Source: a virus (taxonomy: Duplodnaviria > Caudoviricetes). Taken from it: a DNA stretch of 64,000 nt. The DNA is taken from positions 1-64,000 of the IMG/VR virus record IMGVR_UViG_3300037589_000163. One strand, written 5' to 3'. Each line of letters opens with the position of its first letter. Within the stretch, counting starts at the first letter, position 1. Shown here in pieces: positions 54,737 through 63,919 of this stretch. The notes beneath the pieces are model-generated. The model ran no database searches, had not been told where the DNA came from, and saw only the letters and a list, made by a program, of their open reading frames with translations. The translations under genes were made by a program, and so were the position numbers.

Positions 54737-56905
54737 TCAGGCCACCTGCTTATTGCTGCTGAAGCGCTTGGCGACTGTCACCATGATGGTGCTGTCGATT
54801 TCCTGCTTGCTCATGGGGTTCTGGAGCTTGGTGTTGAAAGCATGAACCTGAGCTTCAACGTTGGGGAGATCCCAGCCGGCGTCGACCAGTGTCAGGGCGT
54901 ACCTGATCATCTGGTTATTCCGGTTTCCGAGAGAGATCTTCCCGGCAAACCAGCGCTCGAGATTGTCAAGAGACTGGAGAGCCTGGTGCTCAGCGAGATG
55001 AGTTTCATTTCGTGCTGTCTTCGGAATGAAGTTCAGCACGTCAAGGACTTCTCCATCCGTGTTGTAGAAGTACTCACCGCCGGAAAAAGATTCCGACTTC
55101 TTCTCGCGTTTGGAATAGCTTTCATCCGTCTTGAACGGCAGCCAGGAGAAAATGTGGCTCATGAATTCGCTGTATTCAGTATTGTCGAGTTTGAGCCGGT
55201 AGTTGATTGGCAGCATGACCCGAAACCGATCTCCGTGACCTTCCGTCTGATGACGTTTGGTCGTGTAGAGATGGTATTTGTAGTCGGCCATGAGATGACG
55301 GAACTGGTCGATCGAGATGCCTTCATCGACATCCAAGGCAATCATGTTGAAGCCAACAATGACGTTGTCTTCAGTCCGGTGCCCGTTTTGGAAGTGATGA
55401 TTGCACCAGTGCATTCCATCTGCCTGGGTCAGGATGTGCAGCTTGTCGAAAGGAACTGACTCTGCGAGGTAATTGTAGGCCCAGTGGTTGGAGTAGGAGA
55501 GGGTGATCGCATCCAGATCCGTTTGCTGAAGAGTTTCGCCGCGGAACATCTCGATCCCGTCGACAAAATTCTTCTTGATGATCATGTGCCGCCGGTAACC
55601 CCAGGCGGTGGCCAGGGTCATCATCTCATTTCTGGCTGACTGACCAGATTTGTAGAACGGCAATGCTTCGACCAGGTCGGCATGAGTGACTTCATGATCA
55701 AGGCTGGTGATGTATTTCGCCAGTTTGACGTAGGCCTTTTCACGATTGAGAATGGTCTGGAAAGCAGCGCCGGACTCCTCGACCAGCTTCATGGAAGCGT
55801 AGAGATGATCCAGGGTGATGGTGACCGACTGGTCGATGAAGGCAAAGGCGCCGGCAAGCTTCAGCGTCTTGAAGTAACGATGAGCCAGTTCGGACTTCTT
55901 GATTTCCTCGTGGTCCGACATTGTGTCAGACAGCCGCTCGCAGTGGAGCCGGTAGTCGAGAAGAGCAATTGCCACTTCTTCCGGAACATCCATTTTCCAA
56001 CCAAAGACGGCCGGATCTGCGAGTTGGTAAAAATGCCTCGACCACTTGTCGACAATGGCATTGTGGGCCGGCTGCGTCAGACGCTTGTAGGCCTCTTCAC
56101 CAGTCATGTTGTCCAGGGCCCGGCTGTGAGCGCCGTAACCGAAGATGCAGCGACGAGCGTAGCCTGTTTCCAGGAAAGAGTAGAACTGGTCTTCCGTCTG
56201 GCTCCCATCCAGGAGTTTCGAAGGCGTACCGAACAGAAGCATGTTGGTCGGTGTCTTGCCGTCGATGTCTTCGCCACGCTGATTGTCTGGCGTGTTCTTC
56301 ACAAGCTTGATCTTGACCGATCCTTGGTCATAGAGCTCCAGGAAAAGGGTAAGAACGTCTGTCACGCCAAGAAGGTTGGAACCAATCTCGTCGATCTGGA
56401 GGTTGATGCTGCCGGCGTTGGCCATGAGAAGCTTCTGACGAAGCTGCTTGACGGCCGGCGGTGTTCCGGAATCGAAAGTGAAAGGGAAGGCGCCGGCGCT
56501 GCGGAATTCCTTCTGGATCTTGTCGAACTCTTCTTGCGGATCCAGACCAGATTTGACGGAACGAAGATTTGCCTCTTTCCAGAGGCTGTCTTCCGCCAGG
56601 ACGGGGAAAGTTTCCGTCATGAAGCGATCCTTGAAATCCTTCATGAATTCGTTCTCGACGATCGAGACGGAGTAACCCTTGCCGTAACCGGAAGTGGCCA
56701 GAGCCAGAGCATAGATGTTGACCGGGATTTCACCGCGGTCCTGGGTGATCATCGAAGCCCGCATGGAGGAAGCCATCTTGCCGATGAAGTAGGCCACCTC
56801 AGCGCGGAAAAATCCACGATCCATGTTCTGGGTCTTGTTGCAGAGAACGTCGACGATTTCCTCGATAACCGGGTGGTGGTCAACGACGGAGAGGTCAGGC
56901 AACAT
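54737..56905 (-). CDS. N4-like DNA primase (gp43-like)
   Basis: ATSGYGKG, FDSGTPPAVKQ, ALDVDEG, RFRVMLP, GNRNNQMIRYA. Confidence 0.85.
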   Translation of the reverse strand: MLPDLSVVDHHPVIEEIVDVLCNKTQNMDRGFFRAEVAYFIGKMASSMRASMITQDRGEIPVNIYALALATSGYGKGYSVSIVENEFMKDFKDRFMTETFPVLAEDSLWKEANLRSVKSGLDPQEEFDKIQKEFRSAGAFPFTFDSGTPPAVKQLRQKLLMANAGSINLQIDEIGSNLLGVTDVLTLFLELYDQGSVKIKLVKNTPDNQRGEDIDGKTPTNMLLFGTPSKLLDGSQTEDQFYSFLETGYARRCIFGYGAHSRALDNMTGEEAYKRLTQPAHNAIVDKWSRHFYQLADPAVFGWKMDVPEEVAIALLDYRLHCERLSDTMSDHEEIKKSELAHRYFKTLKLAGAFAFIDQSVTITLDHLYASMKLVEESGAAFQTILNREKAYVKLAKYITSLDHEVTHADLVEALPFYKSGQSARNEMMTLATAWGYRRHMIIKKNFVDGIEMFRGETLQQTDLDAITLSYSNHWAYNYLAESVPFDKLHILTQADGMHWCNHHFQNGHRTEDNVIVGFNMIALDVDEGISIDQFRHLMADYKYHLYTTKRHQTEGHGDRFRVMLPINYRLKLDNTEYSEFMSHIFSWLPFKTDESYSKREKKSESFSGGEYFYNTDGEVLDVLNFIPKTARNETHLAEHQALQSLDNLERWFAGKISLGNRNNQMIRYALTLVDAGWDLPNVEAQVHAFNTKLQNPMSKQEIDSTIMVTVAKRFSSNKQVA

Positions 56906-57869
56906 AGTAGAAATCCTTCTGCTTGCAGATGGTGAAAGCCGGGCAGTATTCGCAGGCCTTCACCTCACCCGGCTTTTCGATCACGACGCCCTTGCCACCC
57001 TTCTCAGCGAGATGGGCTTCGGCGGCTGCCTTGTCGTTGTCGAAATTCCGAGTGGCCCGGCCATCTGTCTTGTCCGGGTTGGAAAAGTATTTGTAGACGG
57101 GCTGGCTGCGCCAAAGCTCTTTGTCGGTACAGAAAGGAATCTCTTCGTCAGGGGAGTTCCAGTACCGATCGAGTTCGGAAAGCTTGGCGCTGATGAACTT
57201 CTCGGTCTCTTCCAGGGAAGGAAGGTCGACCGGATATTCGATTGCCTTGGTCTGCGGATAGTTCGCGTCACCCTTGGCTCGACCCTTCTGCCAGTCCGTG
57301 AAGATGAACTGGATGAAGATTTTATCATCAGTGACGAGCTCGGGATTGAGCCAGCGATAGATGCCGCCCTGCTTGGCGTAATCGTCGTCCTTGCGGCCCA
57401 GGAGGTATGCATAGACCGATGTGGATTTGGCGTCGAAAAGACGACCCTGAAGGATCATGTCGAACTTGCCGCCGATCTTGTAGCCATCGATCTCACGAAT
57501 GGCACGCTGTTCCATCCAGACAGGAATGAGAGATGGATTGGCGGCCATCTGTTCCGGCGTCGGATTGACAACGATGTTCTCGTAGACGGCCGGCGGATAA
57601 CCGAGTTTCTTCATCGCAACCTGGCCACTGTCACGCCAGGCTTTCTCGATGGAATCGTGAATGGCCGTTCCCATACGAGATGCAAGAAAGGTCGAGATAT
57701 CGATCTCGATGTCGGATTTCTTGACACGCTTGGAAAGAACAAGCTGGCGAGTGCTCTTGAGAAGGCTGGTCGCCGAGATGTAGCGCGGATCGTCGATGTA
57801 GTCGTATTCGTCGTGAAGAAGCCAGACTGCAAGGGGCAGACTGATCCCATGGATGTTGGTCAGTTTCAT
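56895..57869 (-). CDS. PD-(D/E)xK exonuclease (N4 gp42-like)
   Basis: Start MKLTNIHGISL; GKFD, FDAKST, C-terminal CEYC...C. Confidence 0.8.
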   Translation of the reverse strand: MKLTNIHGISLPLAVWLLHDEYDYIDDPRYISATSLLKSTRQLVLSKRVKKSDIEIDISTFLASRMGTAIHDSIEKAWRDSGQVAMKKLGYPPAVYENIVVNPTPEQMAANPSLIPVWMEQRAIREIDGYKIGGKFDMILQGRLFDAKSTSVYAYLLGRKDDDYAKQGGIYRWLNPELVTDDKIFIQFIFTDWQKGRAKGDANYPQTKAIEYPVDLPSLEETEKFISAKLSELDRYWNSPDEEIPFCTDKELWRSQPVYKYFSNPDKTDGRATRNFDNDKAAAEAHLAEKGGKGVVIEKPGEVKACEYCPAFTICKQKDFYYVA

Positions 57870-57912
57870 AAGAGCCTCGAATATGTGCGTTGATTCCGAA
57901 GAAAAGAAATCT

Positions 57913-57934
57913 GAGGGCACTAAATAGTGCCCTC
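57913..57934. repeat. 8-bp hairpin in intergenic DNA
   Basis: GAGGGCAC-TAAATA-GTGCCCTC. Confidence 0.6.
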
Positions 57935-57973
57935 GATTATCAACGATAAAGAAAAAGAAAATGAAAGATAATA

Positions 57974-58393
57974 TTAACTTTCGATTTTCTTCGTCTCCCG
58001 TTCTCTTTGTTTCTCACGCAATCTGGTCACCCAGGCTTCCGCTTCATGCAGAAGATCTGCTTCAACAGGAGAGAAGGGACGATTGTCGATGAGGGTTCCG
58101 TGCGCTTGAGCGTCGATAAGAATGACGCAGCAAGCCATGACGGCTCCCAGGTTCTTGACCTCGGTGTCGCGGGTAATTTCTTCCCCGACTTTCCAGAGCT
58201 CAATGTGTCGCCTGGCTGCCTCGACGTAGGTCATGGCTTCAACTGGATTTTCACGCCAATTGTGCGGACCGTATTTCAAGGCACCGTCATAAAGCGCTTC
58301 CATCATGGCAAGGACGGCGGAGAGGGGGACGTAGCTTAAAGAAGGCTTCTTGTCCCCAAAGGCCTGCTTTGGATTTGCAGGAGCCTGGTTCAT
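57974..58393 (-). CDS. dATP/dGTP diphosphohydrolase domain protein (DUF5664-like)
   Basis: NPKQAFGDKKP, GALKYGPHNWR, AARRH. Confidence 0.8.
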   Translation of the reverse strand: MNQAPANPKQAFGDKKPSLSYVPLSAVLAMMEALYDGALKYGPHNWRENPVEAMTYVEAARRHIELWKVGEEITRDTEVKNLGAVMACCVILIDAQAHGTLIDNRPFSPVEADLLHEAEAWVTRLREKQRERETKKIES

Positions 58394-58686
58394 GACAGAG
58401 GCTTTTCGGTTTTCTGCTCGAAGCCAGCGTTGAAGCGTTCGGTTGTCATCCGGCCGAGATTGGAGATGTTCAGAATGAAACAGTCCACGATTTCGCCGCC
58501 GGGGATCTGCTCGATCTCGGTCGAATAGCGATGCAGAGCACCACGTTGAGAGCGTTCGATGTCTTGGCGGGCGAAGACCTTCTCGTCGGTCATGATCATC
58601 ACGTTCAGGGGAATCTCGAACTGAGCATCCGGTGTCTTGATGACGACCTGAGCCGAGATAAGCCAGTGGTATTTTGGAACGGACAT
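58390..58686 (-). CDS. Hypothetical protein (N4-like, downstream of DNAP)
   Basis: 98 aa; ILNISNLGRMT. Confidence 0.6.
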   Translation of the reverse strand: MSVPKYHWLISAQVVIKTPDAQFEIPLNVMIMTDEKVFARQDIERSQRGALHRYSTEIEQIPGGEIVDCFILNISNLGRMTTERFNAGFEQKTEKPLS

Positions 58687-58876
58687 GGTTTTGATTAACT
58701 CCAGTGATTTTGGGCAAAATGCATCCTAGCCCGGCTTCATAATGAAAACCAGCCAAAAAGATAAGCCCAATCTGATATTTTAAGAAAACCGAGAACGATT
58801 TCTGACCTGGGCCAGTTCTACATATTCACGGTGATTTGAGAAGAAGGGACATGGTCCCGGGGCCCACAGATAATTG

Positions 58877-58907
58877 TGGCGCCGGAAAGAAAATCCTCCC
58901 GGCGCCA
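58877..58907 (-). terminator. Stem after the DNAP stop
   Basis: TGGCGCCGG/CCGGCGCCA inverted repeat; no clear U-tract. Confidence 0.4.
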
Positions 58908-58922
58908 TCTATCTGGTTGTTA

Positions 58923-61613
58923 TCAGGCGTAAAGTTTGAGGACGTGTTTCTCAAAGACTTCCCGGATTTCCTCCTGGGAAGCGTGGTTTGGGAGGACAGC
59001 TTCCTTGCTCCAGTTGGGGTAGAAGATCGAGAACTCGCCCCCTAATTTCACCTCGTCATGCCAGATGTCAGGATGATCCTGCCACTGGCACGCCTTCACC
59101 ACATGAGTGTTGGCGTAGTGGACGACGTTGATGTCATCCCGAGCGAGGTAATATTGGGCATCGTGAATCTGAGCTGAAGGCTTGATCTTGTGACGCATGT
59201 CTGTCGATCGAACCTTATTCATAAACTCAGAGCCTGCCCTGGAGTTCAGGAGGCACCAGGATTGCCCGAGAGCATTGCCGGCGGTTCTACCCTCCGCTTC
59301 TGCCTGGAAAGGCGTCTTGGAGGTCCCAAGGACAACCTGGTGCAGCATCGGCGTCCGAACACGCAGCCCAAAGGCAACAGTGACATAACCGACTTTGCAG
59401 GCTTCATTGAGCTTCTGAGCGACCCAATCATCCGACACTTTATAAAGGGTGTGGTAATTGGTTTCGATCTTCTGGGCTTTCTCGATGTCCCAACCCAGTT
59501 GTTGCATGATCCCGATGTATGTTCCCCCGTAAGTGAGGAGGAACGTCGGGGTCTTGGAATCCTGGCGAAAGCTGGAGTATTTGTTCCCTTTCTCGGAAAG
59601 CTGATTGACGCTTTCAACTGAATCGGGATCGATGTCCGGCATTTCTTCGCCAAAATAGGCCACTGCCCGGAGAGAGTGGCCGTCATAGCCGTCGGTGTAG
59701 ACCTTCAGCTTGTTTGGATCCTTTGTCGTCAAAGCCGATATGCGATCTTCGAGAGAAGCAAAGTCGATGCCGCAGAAGAACCAGCCAGGAGGTGCCACGA
59801 AGCAGCTCTTGATGAGCTTTCCGAGGCTGAGCTGACCCTTGCTGATGTAGGGACCGAGGACGTCTTCAAATCTCTCTATGAGAGCTTTTGACAACATCAT
59901 GAAGACGTTGGCCGGCAGATTCTGAAGGTTGACGTTACTCGACGACAAGCGCCCGGAGACAGTGCCTCCCAGGTTAAAGAAACCGAAGAGCCAATGCCAT
60001 CCATCCGGACCGAGACGTGCATTCATGAAGTGCGGCATGAAGTTGGTCATGATGGTCTCGACGGCCGAATAATCAATCAGGGCTTCGAGAAGCTTTTTGA
60101 CCTCTGGATCATTCGTGTGGTTGACCAGTTTTTTCAGGGTCTTGCCGCCGGTTGCCGGCTGTTTGGTGTCGGTCCGGTCTATAACCGGCAAGCCCAGCAC
60201 GTCATATAGAAGTTGCTGAAGCTGCGGGCCGCTGTTGGGGTTGAATGATATTTCCTTCTGGATCGTATCATTTTCCTTGGCGGCTGCGGCCATCTCCTGG
60301 ATCGTCATCCGCTTCTTGACCCACTCCGAATTCTTCTGGTTCGTGTAGGCTTCGAGACGCATGTATTCGAACTGCTCCATGATAGGTAGAGCGAGCATCC
60401 GGTTGATGGCATCGTTACGGATACCTTCGAGAGCCGTGTTGACCTTCCGGACTTGTTCGATGTCCATCGGCATGCCGGTAAGCTGCATCTGGATGATGTC
60501 TCTGGTCGCATCCTTGAACAAGCCTTCGTAGAGCTCGAGCTGTTCATCCTTGATCAAGGTCTGCCAGTGCTTTTTACGCACATAGTGTGTGCAAAGGCAG
60601 TCGATCAGGTTGTAGGTGAGAAGATCCGGAAGAGGGATCTTGGTGATGTCCTTGATTTCTTCCTGAGCATAATCGCCGGCGTATTCTTGGGCCTGGTTTT
60701 TCAGGCTGAGCTTGTTGCCGGCGCAGGAATTGGTTGCCAGGTAAGAGATGAGCTGGGTGCAGTCCCAGTTTCTCAACATGATTTCCAGCCCACGAAGGAG
60801 ACCTTCGTTGTCGAGGAGATCCTTCATGAAAAGTTGGTAGATCAGGACTGTGACATCGTAAGCAATACGATGATAAAGGGCCTTTCTCTTGAATCTCATG
60901 AAGAAATTGCGAAGGAGCTCCCGGCAAGCATCGGAATGCTCCTGATCTCCCAGGATATCAACCGGTATGGCAATACCCTCGGTCTCAGACCAAGCAAAGC
61001 CTATGGTACCAATTCCAGCATCATAATGCTTGAGTGAGAATGCTTCGATGTCGATCGCGATATCGCAATCCATTTCCAGGATGCGCTCGAGCCAGGCAGC
61101 GATATCTTCAATGTCCGTGGGATACTCCTCGAACTTGATGATGCCTGTCCCTGGGTCCGTATAGGTGTCGTGGAGCCACTCTTTCAAGGCACCAACACCA
61201 GCCGCGATCTTCTGATTCACCTTCTCCGGATCGTAAAAGATTGTCCGGTAGTTGGGAACATAGGCGACCTTCCAGGGCCCGAAAGTGGTGTCCAGGATGT
61301 AGCCGATGGTGGCGTCGATTTTACCGACTTTTGTCAGGGTCTTGTAGTAATCGCCGTCGGCAACGAGAAGGAATTCAACGTTGAGTTCCTTCAAAGTCGG
61401 AGCAAGCTCATCATTGATGTAAGCTTTCTGCTCCGAGGCCGGCGTCTTCTTTTTGCCAGGCGCTCGGTGCAGATCGATGATGATCACATCTTCCGGATCG
61501 ATACCATAAGGCTCGAGATAAGCCCTCTGGATCTCATTCTTGCGAATTTCGTTCACAAGGATGCAGATCTTGTAGCTGGATTTTTCAGGCGTGCTGAAAG
61601 TCAGATATCGCAT
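58923..61613 (-). CDS. Family A DNA polymerase (N4 gp39-like)
   Basis: Exo I DIEA, Exo III YNLID, motif A DFASLEDR, motif B RQDSKTPTF..Y, motif C IHDA. Confidence 0.95.
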   Translation of the reverse strand: MRYLTFSTPEKSSYKICILVNEIRKNEIQRAYLEPYGIDPEDVIIIDLHRAPGKKKTPASEQKAYINDELAPTLKELNVEFLLVADGDYYKTLTKVGKIDATIGYILDTTFGPWKVAYVPNYRTIFYDPEKVNQKIAAGVGALKEWLHDTYTDPGTGIIKFEEYPTDIEDIAAWLERILEMDCDIAIDIEAFSLKHYDAGIGTIGFAWSETEGIAIPVDILGDQEHSDACRELLRNFFMRFKRKALYHRIAYDVTVLIYQLFMKDLLDNEGLLRGLEIMLRNWDCTQLISYLATNSCAGNKLSLKNQAQEYAGDYAQEEIKDITKIPLPDLLTYNLIDCLCTHYVRKKHWQTLIKDEQLELYEGLFKDATRDIIQMQLTGMPMDIEQVRKVNTALEGIRNDAINRMLALPIMEQFEYMRLEAYTNQKNSEWVKKRMTIQEMAAAAKENDTIQKEISFNPNSGPQLQQLLYDVLGLPVIDRTDTKQPATGGKTLKKLVNHTNDPEVKKLLEALIDYSAVETIMTNFMPHFMNARLGPDGWHWLFGFFNLGGTVSGRLSSSNVNLQNLPANVFMMLSKALIERFEDVLGPYISKGQLSLGKLIKSCFVAPPGWFFCGIDFASLEDRISALTTKDPNKLKVYTDGYDGHSLRAVAYFGEEMPDIDPDSVESVNQLSEKGNKYSSFRQDSKTPTFLLTYGGTYIGIMQQLGWDIEKAQKIETNYHTLYKVSDDWVAQKLNEACKVGYVTVAFGLRVRTPMLHQVVLGTSKTPFQAEAEGRTAGNALGQSWCLLNSRAGSEFMNKVRSTDMRHKIKPSAQIHDAQYYLARDDINVVHYANTHVVKACQWQDHPDIWHDEVKLGGEFSIFYPNWSKEAVLPNHASQEEIREVFEKHVLKLYA

Positions 61614-61627
61614 TACGTATTCCTGTC

Positions 61628-62137
61628 TCAGTGAATAAGACGAGAAGCGACATAGTAGTCGATTTTCTCTCGTATTCTCTGGTAAGCGGCCATGTCATCA
61701 GAACCCTCTATCAGGGTCCAAGCTTCGGGCATGGTCCTTTCGAGACCGCCGAAGTGTTCCTTTGGTAGAAGATCGTGAAGACAGTTTGGCAGAGCATCAA
61801 AAGCTTCTTGCTTATTGTCGCACCCCCGGAGGACCAGGTAAATACCTTGTTTGATGCGGTCCATTTCTCCATCAAGCTCTTGTTCTTCTTTCTCGAGCTT
61901 GACAACTTCAGGGCGAAGTTCATCGTTCACAGGCTTGTAATTGCCCATGGATCGCTGTCGCATATCGAGGTTGGAGTAAATCCACCCACAATGACGGAAA
62001 CCGTCAGGGCTGCCTCCAAGTTCGGTGTTCTTTCGAACCAGATCCTGCTTGCGCTGTTTGATATATTTGAGCTCAGCATCTTTCAGGTTCTGAACAATGA
62101 ACTTGATCAATTCGTAAGCAAAGAATGTGTCTTTCAT
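61628..62137 (-). CDS. N4-like conserved protein between helicase and DNAP
   Basis: 169 aa; DGFRHCGWIY, DALPNCL. Confidence 0.65.
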   Translation of the reverse strand: MKDTFFAYELIKFIVQNLKDAELKYIKQRKQDLVRKNTELGGSPDGFRHCGWIYSNLDMRQRSMGNYKPVNDELRPEVVKLEKEEQELDGEMDRIKQGIYLVLRGCDNKQEAFDALPNCLHDLLPKEHFGGLERTMPEAWTLIEGSDDMAAYQRIREKIDYYVASRLIH

Positions 62138-62154
62138 TTTATTGCTCTTTCTGA

Positions 62155-63477
62155 TCAGGGGGCGATCAGGCCACCATATTTTTCAGCGAGATCGCCCCAG
62201 AGATAGACCCGAGTCTTGGCACGGGAGAAGGCCACATAAAGCAGCCTGGATACCTGGTCCGGGAAGTTACAGGAACTGATGTTGGTGAGGTCGACAAAGA
62301 CAGTGTCGTATGTCGAACCCTGGGACTTGTGAACGGTGGCGGCATCACGAGGACGCAGATCAGCCACATTGTTCTTCAGGAAAAAAGACTTTTCCCAGTT
62401 CTTTTCGCGCTTGTAGTAGCGCATCAGGTCCGAATAATGGTCCCGATTGGTTGGAACAGGTAGTTTCCAGACGTTTCCCAGAGAATCCTTGATAGAAAGC
62501 ATGTCGACGTCCAGGTGAACGCCATGGTCGTCGTCTATCAGCAACTTGTCTGGGCCGTGGTTCTGAAGAACCTCAACATCGGTTTCCACGGCCAACACGC
62601 CCCCCTTGGAATGAAAGGCGTTGCCGGCAACGAGATACTCTCCCGACTGAAAGTTGGAAGGGAGATTTCTGATTGCACGGACGTGTTCGTTGAAATCGTG
62701 GACCCGTTTGTTGGTGTAAGCCAGGATACGAGCAGAATGCGTCTGTTGAGAAAAGTGCTGGCCGATCTCGAATTGCATTTCCGAATCGCCGAGCAAGTCG
62801 ATGCTGCCTGGAACCAGCTGAATCGGTTCGAAGACCTTGGTTTCGACGGTCTTGCGCAGCTGATCGCAGATTTTCATGAGAGCAGGTTGACCGGCGTTTC
62901 GGACCGGCTCATGAAGCTCCACCATAGGACTGTTGTGCTTGTAGATAGGAGACAGATCCTCATGTACAGGTGAAAGCTGGTGACGGTCCCCAACATAGAC
63001 GATCTTGCACTTCATGGTCGACGCATGGATCTCTTTCCAGAGACCCGTGTCGATCAGAGAGGCTTCGTCGACGAAGATGATTTGTCCCGAATGAACCTTC
63101 CATTGCCGGTTGCGTGTGATCTTCGTCTTACCCGATGAATAATCATCGAAAAGCTTCAGATTGAGATGGGAATGTGTGGTGCCGGCGGGGCGCTTAACGC
63201 TCTGGGTCAACACCTCTGCCGCCTTGTTGGTTGTTGCAGTCATGACAACTTCGGTGAAAACAGGCTCTTCGCCCAGAAGAGCACACATTTCATGATACCG
63301 CGGGAGAGTGGCATCAATGATGTAGCTCATCAGATATGTCTTGCCGACGCCGGCCGGTCCGGAAATGATGAACTCCTTCTTGTCTGAAAAAAGGAAGTTC
63401 ATGAAGGCGTCAGCGGCTGCTTCTTGGCCCTGGTTCAGGTTGTAGCTCAGGGGGGCTGGCTTTGTGATGGCGTTCAT
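62155..63477 (-). CDS. SF1B (Dda/RecD-like) DNA helicase
   Basis: GPAGVGKT, VDEAS, VGDRHQL, TVHKSQGST, LYVAFSR. Confidence 0.93.
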   Translation of the reverse strand: MNAITKPAPLSYNLNQGQEAAADAFMNFLFSDKKEFIISGPAGVGKTYLMSYIIDATLPRYHEMCALLGEEPVFTEVVMTATTNKAAEVLTQSVKRPAGTTHSHLNLKLFDDYSSGKTKITRNRQWKVHSGQIIFVDEASLIDTGLWKEIHASTMKCKIVYVGDRHQLSPVHEDLSPIYKHNSPMVELHEPVRNAGQPALMKICDQLRKTVETKVFEPIQLVPGSIDLLGDSEMQFEIGQHFSQQTHSARILAYTNKRVHDFNEHVRAIRNLPSNFQSGEYLVAGNAFHSKGGVLAVETDVEVLQNHGPDKLLIDDDHGVHLDVDMLSIKDSLGNVWKLPVPTNRDHYSDLMRYYKREKNWEKSFFLKNNVADLRPRDAATVHKSQGSTYDTVFVDLTNISSCNFPDQVSRLLYVAFSRAKTRVYLWGDLAEKYGGLIAP

Positions 63478-63511
63478 AAGACACTCTTTGTTGATTATGC
63501 ATCAGGCATAG

Positions 63512-63540
63512 AAAAACCCCGGTTTGTGGCCGGGGTTTTT
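63512..63540. terminator. Bidirectional intrinsic terminator
   Basis: AAAAACCCCGG-TTTGTGG-CCGGGGTTTTT. Confidence 0.8.
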
Positions 63541-63565
63541 CAGTCGCGCCTGGAATGTTGAAGGT

Positions 63566-63919
63566 TCAGGTTTCCTGTTCCTGTTCATCGATCAGGAACT
63601 TGTCTCGTTTCTTGCCACGGATCCAGGCTGGCTCTTTGCCTCGCCCTGACCATGTGGCGCCGGTATCAGGATCCCGGTACTTGATCTTTGCCTTGACGCC
63701 TTTTCTGCGTGGCTTGATGCCTCCGAGAGCTTCGAAGAGGTCTTCGAGGGGGACGTTGAAGCGGTTCACCACATCAACGATCTGTTTGATAACCTGGCGT
63801 CGCTCAGCAGCTTCTTTTTCCTGGATCTTGCGAGCCAGTTCTTCCTGCTGCTGACGCAACTCCTCGACGCTCATCTCTTCATTCTCAGAGCCGAAAGTGA
63901 CGGTCTCTTTTGCGGCCAT
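63566..63919 (-). CDS. hns: H-NS family DNA-binding protein (frame stays open upstream to the window edge)
   Basis: Coiled-coil N-terminal part and KYRDPDTGATWSGRGKEPAW H-NS signature. Confidence 0.88.
   Translation of the reverse strand: MAAKETVTFGSENEEMSVEELRQQQEELARKIQEKEAAERRQVIKQIVDVVNRFNVPLEDLFEALGGIKPRRKGVKAKIKYRDPDTGATWSGRGKEPAWIRGKKRDKFLIDEQEQET

Noticed and set aside
49268-58393. Complete Z-genome (2-aminoadenine) pathway
   Set aside because: No PurZ-like gene in the window; the hydrolases alone are common in phages
51834-61634. Plus-strand ORFs opposite the replication genes (e.g. 55682-56935, 56823-57893, 51834-52733)
   Set aside because: Shadow frames of recognisable minus-strand genes
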